Assembly (NCBI GenBank): GCA_048940645.1
Contig: JBHLOI010000001.1
Coordinates: 64,001 to 128,000, forward strand
From: Promethearchaeota archaeon
GTDB taxonomy: Archaea; Asgardarchaeota; Lokiarchaeia; Sigyniarchaeales; SOKP01
DNA: 64,000 nucleotides
Reading direction: 5' to 3'
The translations under genes were made by a program, and so were the position numbers. Below, piece after piece: positions 1-9,887 of this stretch. Within the stretch, counting starts at the first letter, position 1. Every line of letters begins with the position of its first letter. The notes beneath the pieces were generated by a model. The model was given only the letters and a program-made list of their open reading frames with translations. It did no database searches and was not told the origin of the DNA.

Positions 1-2
1 AG

Positions 3-539
3 GTTGTTTATGTTGGTAAATTTTCGGGACAAATAAGTCATGAAGTCGATAAACCCGGACTTAAAGAAGGAGATCAAGTCTCATGTGAAATCGATTGGGA
101 TCGCCGATACACATTTATGCGATATCATACTGCTTCTCATTTAATTTCTAATATTCTATTCCGAAGGGCTGATGCCAAAATTACTGGCAATCAAATTGAG
201 TTGGATAAAACCAGAATGGATTTCTCGATGAAAGATTATTCTCCTGAGAAATTGAAAGAATTTGTGGAAGAAGCAAACATGATTGTACAGCAAAATTTAC
301 CAATAACAATTGATTATATGTCAAGAGAGGAGGTTATGGGTAAACCAGAGCTTGCCAGGCTAGCCATGGGACTGCCTGAAAAACTTAAAGAATACCGAAT
401 TGTTAGAATAGGAGATATCGATGAACAAGTAGATGGGGGGACTCATATAAGGAGTCTAAAAGAAATTGGTGAAATAGAGGTTACTAAGACTGTCAATAAG
501 GGAAAAGATAACCGAAGAATTTATTTTATTGTCAAATAG
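3..539 (+). CDS. alaX: Alanyl-tRNA editing protein AlaX (AlaX-M type), 5'-partial
   Basis: Frame is open from the window start: ...IDWDRRYTFMRYHTASHL (HxxxH), ITGNQI, RMDF, and C-terminal DEQVDGGTH...EIG of the AlaRS editing/tRNA_SAD domain. Confidence 0.88.
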   Translation, partial: VVYVGKFSGQISHEVDKPGLKEGDQVSCEIDWDRRYTFMRYHTASHLISNILFRRADAKITGNQIELDKTRMDFSMKDYSPEKLKEFVEEANMIVQQNLPITIDYMSREEVMGKPELARLAMGLPEKLKEYRIVRIGDIDEQVDGGTHIRSLKEIGEIEVTKTVNKGKDNRRIYFIVK

Positions 540-597
540 TTAATTTGCTGTTTCTTAAGCCTATACTATCCTTTTATAGTAGTTTATTATTCTCTAC

Positions 598-654
598 AAA
601 AAAGTTAAATATAAGCTTATAATCAATTATCAATGATCGTCACTGATCATTGAT
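598..654 (+). promoter_or_regulatory. Putative BRE/TATA (aaaaaagttaaata) followed by a perfect 10-bp inverted repeat ATCAATGATC-N6-GATCATTGAT (629-654), a candidate operator
   Basis: Seen directly upstream of ORF 727..1644. Confidence 0.5.
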
Positions 655-726
655 CCAATAAAAAAGGTTGGAAACTGATAATTTTAACAAGAATCATGTT
701 TATAATCGATCAATAATCAGTTTAAG

Positions 727-1644
727 ATGATCAATTTGAGAAAAAAAAGTTGGCATAAAATGAATAGAATTAAAACAAAAAAATTAGCACTTCTTACCAC
801 TGTAGTAGTTTTAACCTTGTGTCTCTTACCAACAGCTCAAGCTTATGGCGGAAGTAGCTGCAGTTGTATAAAAATACGACCTATCGAGGATTGGCTCTAT
901 GCTGGTAATCCATTCGGTTCTGGACCCGGATTTCTGGATCCTGATAATATGTTAATACAGCGATTACTTGAGTTTGTCTTTGACGCAGAATCATATGAGG
1001 GTTCTATTGTTGAATGGTTGATGAAAAGTGGTTCGCTTCTTTATTATTTGTCTATAAAAGTAAAAGGTATATCCATAGCAATACGCGATGCTAATGCGAT
1101 TGGAACCCCCGAAGAGTGGATATTCGTAGGTGAAGTAGATTATACGTATAGAGCGATGTTTGTCCTCGAAAAGGAAATACCTGGAGGACCATTAATGGAT
1201 TGGGATTTTGGACCTCCAGTTCCTGATGAACATGGAAACCCTCAACCGCTTATTGTACCATTTGCGGAAATTCCAGAAGGTGAAAGAGGGCAAGGCGCTG
1301 ATCTTCCAGCATGGTGGGTACTTTATTTTTACGCGCGTGAACTTGGCGGTCATTTTAAGTGGCTTCACTTTAAATCTTATGGTTCTGGCTACTATATTGA
1401 GCCTGGATGGAATCCTCCATTCCAGGGGGGGACTGGGGATCCTATTAGTACAGGAGAAGAAGGAACGGTCGAAGTCAATCAAATGGCGTTTTACAGCTAT
1501 GGCCTTCCTCTGGATGATCCCGATGTATTTCAATTAACCGTATGGTCTGTGCCAGAGGGTGTATTTTATGAAGGAGGACCCGTAGTGCAATCTCCTTTAT
1601 GCATGCCTGAAACTTGGCCTATTGAATACGTTAAATTATACTGA
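727..1644 (+). CDS. Secreted hypothetical protein (signal peptide; Pro/Gly/aromatic-rich)
   Basis: Basic N-terminus, hydrophobic stretch and AQA cleavage site; true start probably ATG at 760; no family recognised. Confidence 0.75.
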   Translation: MINLRKKSWHKMNRIKTKKLALLTTVVVLTLCLLPTAQAYGGSSCSCIKIRPIEDWLYAGNPFGSGPGFLDPDNMLIQRLLEFVFDAESYEGSIVEWLMKSGSLLYYLSIKVKGISIAIRDANAIGTPEEWIFVGEVDYTYRAMFVLEKEIPGGPLMDWDFGPPVPDEHGNPQPLIVPFAEIPEGERGQGADLPAWWVLYFYARELGGHFKWLHFKSYGSGYYIEPGWNPPFQGGTGDPISTGEEGTVEVNQMAFYSYGLPLDDPDVFQLTVWSVPEGVFYEGGPVVQSPLCMPETWPIEYVKLY

Positions 1645-1690
1645 ATGACCTAAATATAAATAAACTAAAAGTAATAAATTTTAAAATAAA

Positions 1691-1788
1691 ATATAGAAAG
1701 CGGAGGAAATAGTTTAGATATACGGCATTGGGCATACCCTAACCTAAACCAAACATCCTCCTACTCTATATATCTTTTTTTTCTTTTT
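1691..1788 (+). terminator. 3' stem-loop (ATAG..GGAGGA...TCCTCC..CTAT) followed by U-tract
   Basis: GGAGGA 1702-1707 pairs with TCCTCC 1756-1761; inner GTTTAG/CTAAAC; T-run follows. Confidence 0.55.
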
Positions 1789-1960
1789 AAATTTTTGGCA
1801 AGAAGTTCATTAATAGTCAAAAAATTAAAACTGTAAATATGGGGAATTATAAATGTAAAATATATTTCATTCTCAAATAGTTCATTTACTTTTTCTTGAG
1901 CCATTTTCTTTACCCGGTTTTGCTTGTTTATCATAGAAATGATATTTACAAAAAGTTAAT

Positions 1961-1997
1961 ATTCGAACTTCGTGAAAAGTTTCGAAGCTAAATCTAA
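1961..1997 (+). promoter_or_regulatory. 37-bp conserved element with dyad TTCGAA-N13-TTCGAA, copy 1 (candidate operator)
   Basis: 36/37 identical to the reverse complement of 12947-12983; directly follows a BRE/TATA-like aaaaagttaata. Confidence 0.7.
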
Positions 1998-2104
1998 AAA
2001 TTACTTTATGTGATAAATTTTAGTTAGCACCAATTTAAAACACAAAATTGCTGCTATCATGAAATCTTATGTAAAAAAATCAAATAAAAAAATGGTCTAA
2101 AAAA

Positions 2105-3415
2105 ATGAAAATGAAAACAAAGGCAAGTCTATTAATCGGAATCTTTGCATTAGCAATGGTATTTGGAATATTTACTATGGTAATCGCACCAATTCGCGCT
2201 GATCCAGGTACTTTTATTGTATCTCCATCAGGTGGAGACGATACTGGAGCCATACAACAAGCATTCGAAGATGCCAAAGCAGCAGGTCCAGGAAGCACCG
2301 TTCAGCTAACTGCTGGACAATTTTATACAAATGCTACTTTTGTTGAAAATTTCTATGGTACATTTAAGGGAGCAGGCAAGGATCTTACTACAATTGATGT
2401 TCTTAAAGGAATATATCCTGAAGAGGGAGGAGTAGTTGGTCCTTATGGTAATCATCTATTTACGTTTGAAGGGGGCGATATATGCATTTCAGATTTAGGT
2501 TTTGAGATTACACCTGAAAAGCCTGCTGGATTATCATATGATGGTACTTACGATTTATTTACAATTTTAATAACAGGGGAAATAAATTCCCGAATTGAAC
2601 GTGTTAAATTAACTGGTCATGAAGGAGATCAATCAGGGTATCCAGTTGGGCATCCTCTTTCGGAAAAGACTTATAATGTGAGATTAGGAGTTGAATATAT
2701 GGCATGTCTAAATGGAAAACACACTTTTACTAAATGTGAATTTGACTCATTATGGTTAGGTATTACTGTGTGGATGGTAATGAATTGTGAATTGACAATT
2801 ACATCAAATTCAATTAAAGGAGGTGCTATTGGAATAATTAATGCGATAAATGACAACTCAAAATTTGAGATTTCTAGTAATTATATTGAGACAACTTATT
2901 TTGGTGGCATTTGGGCAATACAGGATCTTCCCGTGGAATCTGCTTCCCAGTGGCTTATAACTCATAATACTATAAAAGTATTATCTAGCGACTCCGATGG
3001 TATATTTTTGGCGGATTTTTTGTCGTTCAAATCACTTGAAGCAGTTGTTTCGAATAATGAAATTACTTTAGATGATGCAAATTGGGGCGGAATTTGGACA
3101 TTTGGGTTAGAGGATGCTTTTATCTATAGAAACGTCATTCGTGGTGCAGGCCTTTATGGGATTGGATGCGTTTTTATCAGTGATAGCTTGATTCTTAGCA
3201 ATAAAATATCAAATAGTGAAAATAATGGAATGAATTTTTTCCAAGCAAGCAATAACTTAATTCTAGGAAATTATATTAGAAACAATGGAGGCTGGGGGTT
3301 ATTTATGGCAGGAAGCAATGATAATTGCATAGCTGTGAATCTATTTTATAATAATGCTCTAGGCAACATTTATGATGACGGTATAAACAAGTACAAGTGG
3401 AATATACAATTTTAG
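2105..3415 (+). CDS. Secreted right-handed parallel beta-helix protein (pectin lyase-like/NosD-type repeats)
   Basis: Signal peptide, DDTGAIQQAF motif of pectate_lyase_3-like N-termini, many IxxNxI / NNxxxG repeats. Confidence 0.8.
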   Translation: MKMKTKASLLIGIFALAMVFGIFTMVIAPIRADPGTFIVSPSGGDDTGAIQQAFEDAKAAGPGSTVQLTAGQFYTNATFVENFYGTFKGAGKDLTTIDVLKGIYPEEGGVVGPYGNHLFTFEGGDICISDLGFEITPEKPAGLSYDGTYDLFTILITGEINSRIERVKLTGHEGDQSGYPVGHPLSEKTYNVRLGVEYMACLNGKHTFTKCEFDSLWLGITVWMVMNCELTITSNSIKGGAIGIINAINDNSKFEISSNYIETTYFGGIWAIQDLPVESASQWLITHNTIKVLSSDSDGIFLADFLSFKSLEAVVSNNEITLDDANWGGIWTFGLEDAFIYRNVIRGAGLYGIGCVFISDSLILSNKISNSENNGMNFFQASNNLILGNYIRNNGGWGLFMAGSNDNCIAVNLFYNNALGNIYDDGINKYKWNIQF

Positions 3416-3472
3416 AACAGGAAAGAACCACTAACGAGTAAATTTTTCATTTCCATATATTTGTAATGAAAT

Positions 3473-3530
3473 AATAGAGAATGGAGGAAAAGTAACAACC
3501 TTTTCCTCCTATTCTATTCCTTTTTTTTTT
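3473..3530 (+). terminator. 3' stem-loop GGAGGAAAAG/CTTTTCCTCC followed by T-tract
   Basis: Perfect 10-bp stem 3483-3492/3500-3509, outer AATAG/CTATT, poly-T. Confidence 0.65.
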
Positions 3531-3577
3531 AAACTTATCCGAGATAAGATAATTTTTTTTACACATCTTAGTTCATA

Positions 3578-3603
3578 AATGATCAAAAACCTTAATTATG
3601 AAT
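3578..3603 (+). promoter_or_regulatory. Promoter block duplicated upstream of both SBP genes (copy 1)
   Basis: AATGATCAAAAACCTTAATTATGAAT is identical at 6761-6786; BRE/TATA-like. Confidence 0.6.
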
Positions 3604-3702
3604 ATATCTAATTTTTATTCTATAGCATTTTTGTGAAATCTAAAAAAAGTATCTATTATAATAATCTTAATTAAATAAGAAATGACCGAAGTGTAGTTTA
3701 AG

Positions 3703-5523
3703 ATGAGTACAGATAATAAACCACCAAAGAAAAAAATACCTAAAAAGGAAGGCCGATTATTAACGAAAAAGCCAATTGTAGTTTTTGGTATAGTGGCTAT
3801 TGTAGCTACAGCAGGGATTTTTGGCGGTATATTTATCTTTATAAGCATACCAGAGGAAAAAGTACTATATGTCTCATATATGGGTGCAGCTGGAGGTATT
3901 GATCCTCTTCAAACATGGGCTCCAACAGATTATGAGATAATAAGTCAAGCTGCTGAAGGTTTATTCACTCATGATTCGGCTAACGAACAGTCCCAAATAA
4001 TCCATAACCTAGCTGTAAGTCATTCCTGGAATGTGAATGCGACAGAATTAACATGCCAGTTAAGAAGATTTGTCCGGTTCCATGATGGGACTCGTTTTGA
4101 TGCTGAGGCCGTTCAGTGGAATATTGATAGAATATACACTTTAATCGACAATTATCAAATGCATTGGACGAAGGCACAATATTGGATATTTCCCGATGGA
4201 AATCGAACGAACATGCATAAACATCATATTATAAACAAAACAGTTATTGATGGTGATTATAATGTGAAGTTTATATTAAATAGGCCCTATATATCCCTCA
4301 CTGCCTTATTAGCCTCTCATACTGCATTTATGTTATCTCCTGCTTCTACACCAAGTGATCTTTTTATTGATCGTGTAAATGGAACGATAATCGGAACGGG
4401 GCCATTTATTTATGATTCAGCTGACTTTATATACGAGCCAATTATAGACTTTTTTATTAACGTTAAGACCACATTCTCCTCCAATCCAAACTATTGGGGT
4501 GGCAAACCACAGATAGACAAATTAATTTTCAAGCGTTATCCAACTACTGAAGCTAGATATAATGCGATTTTATCAGGAGAACTTTCTGTTTTAAGTGGAT
4601 ATGTTGAATTACTTATGGATACAGATCAGGTTATTAATATCTACTATGATAATGACATCCTAGATACATTTATAAATCATCCCGATATTATAGTAGAAGA
4701 AGGGCCTCCTGCTACAACTTTTCTTTATCTTATAATGAACAACGAATTAATCAATGTAACTATGAGAAAAGCAATCTCATATGCTTTTAATTACTCAGCT
4801 TTTATTGATAAATGGTTAAACGGTCATGGAACAATACCAAAGTCCCCTATACCAGAGGGAGTATTATATTCAAATTCTACTGATATTGATATTCCTTATT
4901 ATAATATTTCAATAGCAAGACAAACGTTAAAAGATGTTAATTGGAGTGGATTAGCTGGAGCTTTAACCGTTGATAATAATGTTTCTACTGGTAACGAATG
5001 GGAAAAATTAGTAGATGATGGGACACCTCTAATTACATACAACTATACAACTCTTCCATCACCATTTTCTGATACACTTTTGGATATTTTGACGGAAAAT
5101 TTAAAACAAATAGGTATCAAAGTAGTAGATGCCAATGTAACAATTAATGAATATTTTTCTATATTTATGGAAATACCACCTTATCATTTGAACATGGTTG
5201 AACTTAGCTGGGTGAATTTTGTTCCTAAATTTAATGATCCTAGCAGTATTATCAACATTTTATGTTCAAATAATGCATTAGATTTAAATTATTGTCAGAT
5301 TAATGACAATTCTACTCAAGATTTAATGGAACTTGCTCTAGCAGAAACTAATGAGGTTGTAAGAGAACAACTATACTACCAAATTCAAAAGCGTTTAATT
5401 GAAGAGGTCTTTCCAATGTGTTATCTTTATAATAAACATTATTTTAACATATATCGATCCAATGTAAGGGGATTACAAGTTAATCATTTTTGTTCAACAT
5501 ATAAAAACGTGGATTTCATATAG
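3703..5523 (+). CDS. Family 5 (OppA/DppA-like) solute-binding protein, N-terminal TM anchor
   Basis: LAxSxSW...LRxxVRFHDGTRFDAEAV, IGTGPF, NPNYWG, RKAISYA, NLKQIGI; many N-x-S/T sequons. Confidence 0.9.
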   Translation: MSTDNKPPKKKIPKKEGRLLTKKPIVVFGIVAIVATAGIFGGIFIFISIPEEKVLYVSYMGAAGGIDPLQTWAPTDYEIISQAAEGLFTHDSANEQSQIIHNLAVSHSWNVNATELTCQLRRFVRFHDGTRFDAEAVQWNIDRIYTLIDNYQMHWTKAQYWIFPDGNRTNMHKHHIINKTVIDGDYNVKFILNRPYISLTALLASHTAFMLSPASTPSDLFIDRVNGTIIGTGPFIYDSADFIYEPIIDFFINVKTTFSSNPNYWGGKPQIDKLIFKRYPTTEARYNAILSGELSVLSGYVELLMDTDQVINIYYDNDILDTFINHPDIIVEEGPPATTFLYLIMNNELINVTMRKAISYAFNYSAFIDKWLNGHGTIPKSPIPEGVLYSNSTDIDIPYYNISIARQTLKDVNWSGLAGALTVDNNVSTGNEWEKLVDDGTPLITYNYTTLPSPFSDTLLDILTENLKQIGIKVVDANVTINEYFSIFMEIPPYHLNMVELSWVNFVPKFNDPSSIINILCSNNALDLNYCQINDNSTQDLMELALAETNEVVREQLYYQIQKRLIEEVFPMCYLYNKHYFNIYRSNVRGLQVNHFCSTYKNVDFI

Positions 5524-5576
5524 GGATTTGTTGTATACTAACCTTAATTTAAATCATATTTTTTTAAATTATCGAT

Positions 5577-6578
5577 TCAAATATTTTGGATATCGAGATC
5601 ATAATAGCCATTTGGTAAACTAAACGATAGATTATAATTATTTAATGCTGGATAATCATTAGAGTTTAGCGTATAAATATCAATCCCATCAACAACAACT
5701 AAATCTGGCTCTTCAAACCCTACAATCTGAGTAAGTTGTTGTTGGAACTGGGCATCATTTGGGTTTGGACATAATATAAAATGAGCACCAACATCAACAT
5801 TACTATCTAAATAAGCCAATCTATAATTTCCAATGTGCGTCATAACTGTACCAGTTATATTTGCACCCATAGTTATATGTTGATTGATTTCAATAACAAT
5901 GTTTCCAATATCAGTAGTAAAAGTCCATAAATTATTTTTCATGTATTCCACATTATTCGTTTCTAATTTTATATTCCCTGTTTCTTGGACAATTCCCGTT
6001 ATTTCTCCTTCCAATATACAATTTGAAAAGTAAAAATTTATATTACCTTTCGTAACATTACTTAAAATATCCCCAATAGAATGGTAATATGGAACTGTTA
6101 TCTTAACATCTCCCTCAATATTAACAATTACACTAATATCACAAAAAACATCTGCTTTAAGAGTTACAGTAATTTTAACATTCTTTATTACTGATAATAC
6201 TCTAGCGTGGTCTATACTTGTTTTTAACTCCACCGTAAAATTTACAATACCGCTAGTATTTTGCCAAATAATATTAAAATAATCAAAATATGATTTTTCA
6301 GCTAAACCTGAACCAAGCATTTCAAGATTGAGTTCTACTCTTGCAGAATAATCAACTGGTTCATAAATATAGCCTATTTCAATATCTCCTATATCTGTAT
6401 TGATATTCAACTCTTTCATAAAAGAAGAATTACTAGGGTTATAGTAGAAGGGAATTGACTCTTCAATTTTACCATAAGGCGCGAGAGTAGTTGATATAAT
6501 AAAGATAGGAATAGAAATAATTAGACTCATACCGAAAATTAAAGTTATGCTAATTGCTAATGTAATTTTATTTGCCAT
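5577..6578 (-). CDS. Membrane-anchored beta-rich hypothetical protein (DUF4097/adhesin-like repeats)
   Basis: N-terminal TM, repeated 'T..GDI.I' beta-solenoid-like units; paralog of 8735..9736. Confidence 0.65.
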   Translation of the reverse strand: MANKITLAISITLIFGMSLIISIPIFIISTTLAPYGKIEESIPFYYNPSNSSFMKELNINTDIGDIEIGYIYEPVDYSARVELNLEMLGSGLAEKSYFDYFNIIWQNTSGIVNFTVELKTSIDHARVLSVIKNVKITVTLKADVFCDISVIVNIEGDVKITVPYYHSIGDILSNVTKGNINFYFSNCILEGEITGIVQETGNIKLETNNVEYMKNNLWTFTTDIGNIVIEINQHITMGANITGTVMTHIGNYRLAYLDSNVDVGAHFILCPNPNDAQFQQQLTQIVGFEEPDLVVVDGIDIYTLNSNDYPALNNYNLSFSLPNGYYDLDIQNI

Positions 6579-6760
6579 CGTTGAATTTCCATGAGTAAAA
6601 TTATAGATTCTTTAATTAATTATATATATGATAATCTTATTTAAACTATTTCTTAAATTCGCACGCAAATCTTAAAAAACAAGATAAATCAGCATTAAAA
6701 TTCAAATTTTCCGTTAAAAATAGATTACTTCAAAGTAGAATGAAACGAAACTGGTCTATT

Positions 6761-6786
6761 AATGATCAAAAACCTTAATTATGAAT
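6761..6786 (+). promoter_or_regulatory. Promoter block duplicated upstream of both SBP genes (copy 2)
   Basis: Identical to 3578-3603. Confidence 0.6.
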
Positions 6787-6815
6787 CTACCTAGTTATTA
6801 TTTTGCATCACTATA

Positions 6816-8636
6816 GTGAAATCTAAAAGGGTTTTAATAGGAGTAATCAAGATGTATTTTAAGATGAATTCAGAAAATAAAGCACCAAAGAAAAAATTAC
6901 CGAAAAAGAAAGGCCGATTATTAAGAGAAAAACCAATAGTAGTTTTTGGAATAGTTGCTGCTGTGGCCATAGCAGGGCTTATTGGTGGAATAACTATCTT
7001 TATAAGCATACCAGAGGAAAAAATACTATATATCTCATATAAAGATTTAGCTTTTCTTGATCCACATCAAACCTGGGTTCCTGATGATTACGAGATAATT
7101 AATCAAGTTACTGAAGGTTTGTTTGCTCATAACTCGACTAATGGACAGTCCCAAATTATCCATAACCTAGCTGTAAGTCATTCCTGGAATGTTAATGCGA
7201 CAGAACTAACATGCCAGTTAAGAAGATTTGTTCGATTCCATGATGGAACTCGTTTTGATGCTGAGGCCGTTCAGTGGAATATTGATAGAATATACACTTT
7301 AATTGATAACGGTAAAATGCATTTTGGAATAGCTCAATACTGGTTATTTTCCGATGGAATGCATATTATAAACAAAACTGAAATTATAGATTATCATAAA
7401 ATAAAGTTTATTTTAAACAAACCCTATATCCCTCTCACTGCATTATTAGCTTCTGCAATTTCATTTATAGTCTCGCCTACTTCTACTCCTAAAGATGATT
7501 TTATTGATAAATATACAGGAGCTTTAATTGGTACTGGTCCTTTTATGTTCAAAGTTTATAAAGAATTTCATAGTACAATATTCGCTTCTAATCCAAATTA
7601 TTGGGGTGGAATCCCAAAGTTTGATAAATTAATTTTCAAATTCTATGTAACCCCTGAAGATAAATTTGAAGCAATTTTGTCTGGAGAATTGTCAATGTTA
7701 AGTGGCTATAATGAATTAAATTCTCATGGCTTTTATTGGGATTCCTATGGAATTTATGATAATGATGTCTTAGATTCATTTATAAATCATCCTGATATAA
7801 TAGTAGAAGAAGGCCCACCAACGACCAATTTTGATTACCTTTTAATGAATAACGAATTGATTAATATAACTATGAGAAAAGCAATATCCTATGCCTGTAA
7901 TTATTCAGCTTACATAGAAAGGTGGCTAGATGGTCATGGAACGAGACTTAGATCTCCTATTCCAGATGGATTTTTATACTCTAATACAACAGATATTAAT
8001 ATTCCTTATTATAATATTTCATTAGCGCGACAAACGTTAAAGGATGTGAATTGGAATGGATTGGCCGGTGCTTTAACAGCTGATGATAACATTTCTGCAG
8101 GTAATGAATGGGAAAAATTAGTAGATGATGGAACACCTCTTGCTACATATAACTTTACATATCTATTAGGTATGCTAAATGGCATTGTTTTTTTTAATAT
8201 AACAAAAGAAAATCTTAAACAAATTGGAATAAAGATAGAAGCTGTTAAATTAACTCCTGGAGTATTTATGCAAATTTTTTGGGAAATACCACCTTATCAC
8301 TTGAATATGGTTGAACTTTCTCATATGGGATATATCACACGATTTAATGATCCTAGCAGTATTATTAACATTTTATGTTCAAATAAAGCATTAGATAATA
8401 ATTATTGTCAAGTTAATGACAATTCGACTCAGGACTTAATGGAACTTGCTATAGCAGAAACTAATGAAGTTGTAAGAGAACAATTATACTATCAAATTCA
8501 AAAGCGACTAATTGAAGAAATCTTCCCAATGTGTTATCTTTTCGTAAGAAATCATTTTAAAATTTACCGATCGAATTTAAATGGATTAGATGTTAACCAT
8601 TTTAATCCTGTATATAAAGATATTTATTTTATTTGA
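6816..8636 (+). CDS. Family 5 (OppA/DppA-like) solute-binding protein, paralog 2
   Basis: Same motifs as 3703..5523; by alignment the true start is probably ATG at 6864 (MNSENK). Confidence 0.9.
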   Translation: MKSKRVLIGVIKMYFKMNSENKAPKKKLPKKKGRLLREKPIVVFGIVAAVAIAGLIGGITIFISIPEEKILYISYKDLAFLDPHQTWVPDDYEIINQVTEGLFAHNSTNGQSQIIHNLAVSHSWNVNATELTCQLRRFVRFHDGTRFDAEAVQWNIDRIYTLIDNGKMHFGIAQYWLFSDGMHIINKTEIIDYHKIKFILNKPYIPLTALLASAISFIVSPTSTPKDDFIDKYTGALIGTGPFMFKVYKEFHSTIFASNPNYWGGIPKFDKLIFKFYVTPEDKFEAILSGELSMLSGYNELNSHGFYWDSYGIYDNDVLDSFINHPDIIVEEGPPTTNFDYLLMNNELINITMRKAISYACNYSAYIERWLDGHGTRLRSPIPDGFLYSNTTDINIPYYNISLARQTLKDVNWNGLAGALTADDNISAGNEWEKLVDDGTPLATYNFTYLLGMLNGIVFFNITKENLKQIGIKIEAVKLTPGVFMQIFWEIPPYHLNMVELSHMGYITRFNDPSSIINILCSNKALDNNYCQVNDNSTQDLMELAIAETNEVVREQLYYQIQKRLIEEIFPMCYLFVRNHFKIYRSNLNGLDVNHFNPVYKDIYFI

Positions 8637-8734
8637 TACATCAAATAGCTAATAATTAGATAAATTGTTAAAATTAGATAAATCATTAAAATTTTTATAC
8701 TTAAAAGTGTAATTAAATAAAATCAGAGACTTCT

Positions 8735-9736
8735 CTAAGTGTTGTGAAGCTCTAGCTCTTCAAATATTCCAAATGGAAAATTAAACAACCAATTATAATT
8801 ATATTGTGAAGGATAATCGTCGGAAGTTATATGATAAACATCTGTATTGTTTACAGGTAATACAATATATGCAAACCCTGTAATCTCCGTAATCTTTTGA
8901 TTGATAGCATAATCATCTGGATGTACATGTAATATGAAATATGCACCAACATCATCAGTATTGTCCCTATAAATAAATAGGTAATTACCAGTAATTGTTG
9001 TAATAATACCAGTTATATTAGCATTCGCAGCTTCATTTTGATCGATTTCAATAAGGATATCGCCAATATTAGCATAAAGAGACCACATGCTATTTTGGTA
9101 ATATTCTACATTATAGCTTTTTATTTTTATATCCCCTCTATCTTGGATAATTCCAGTAATATTTCCCTTTAAAATGCAATTAATAAAATCGTATTGAATC
9201 CCACCTTTAGTAACGCTACTTAATATATTCCCAATAGAGTGAAAAGATGGAACTGTTATCTTTACGTTTCCTTCAAGATTAACGAGAATATTAATATCAC
9301 ATAATACATCTGCTTTGAGAAATACACTTATGTTTACATTTTTTATTTGGGATAATACTTCAACATAGTTTATACCTGTTTTTAACTCCATGGTCAAGTT
9401 TACAAGACCACTTGTATTTTGCCATAAAATATTAAAATAGTCTAAATATGTTTTTCCAGCTAAACCTAAACCGAGCATCTCAATCTCTATTTCTACTTTC
9501 GCACAATAATCAACTGGTTCATTAATATATTTTATATCAATCTCCCCTACATCTGCATTGATATTCAAGCTTTCCATAAAAGAACTATTACCAGGGTTAT
9601 AATAGAATAGAATTGACTCATCAATAATGCCATAAGGTAAAAGAGTAGTTGAGATTATTAAAGCAGGTATCGAAATAATTAGAGCGATTCCGAAAACGAT
9701 AATTATAATAATTATTATTCCAGTTTTATTCGCCAT
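8735..9736 (-). CDS. Membrane-anchored beta-rich hypothetical protein, paralog 2
   Basis: Colinear with 5577..6578. Confidence 0.65.
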   Translation of the reverse strand: MANKTGIIIIIIIVFGIALIISIPALIISTTLLPYGIIDESILFYYNPGNSSFMESLNINADVGEIDIKYINEPVDYCAKVEIEIEMLGLGLAGKTYLDYFNILWQNTSGLVNLTMELKTGINYVEVLSQIKNVNISVFLKADVLCDINILVNLEGNVKITVPSFHSIGNILSSVTKGGIQYDFINCILKGNITGIIQDRGDIKIKSYNVEYYQNSMWSLYANIGDILIEIDQNEAANANITGIITTITGNYLFIYRDNTDDVGAYFILHVHPDDYAINQKITEITGFAYIVLPVNNTDVYHITSDDYPSQYNYNWLFNFPFGIFEELELHNT

Positions 9737-9887
9737 CGTAAATCTCTATGAGCAGCATTAAAGTTTCTATATTTATTTATATAGATGATAATGGTATTTA
9801 AACTAATTCTTCAAAACAAAATTTTTTATACTGATATCTCTTATAAGCTAATTATTGTAAATTTCATTTTTTTTGTGATTCCAAACA

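Larger units (their letters stand above)
3578..9810. repeat. Tandem duplication of a ~3.1-kb two-gene unit (SBP + convergent membrane-anchored protein)
   Basis: Paralog pairs of identical length (606/606 aa and 333/333 aa) with shared promoter blocks. Confidence 0.85.

Noticed and set aside
415-450. AlaX DGGTH in place of CGGTH
   Set aside because: To my knowledge a common variant in AlaX-M proteins, not evidence of inactivation
1192-1537. Short antisense or alternate-frame ORFs here and throughout the track (e.g. 2080, 3615, 27109, 33168, 44449)
   Set aside because: They overlap well-supported genes and show no motifs
3987-7310. Diversity-generating retroelement TR/VR pair among the SBP repeats
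   Set aside because: No reverse transcriptase in the window; mismatches are synonymous and not adenine-specific; both copies are coding
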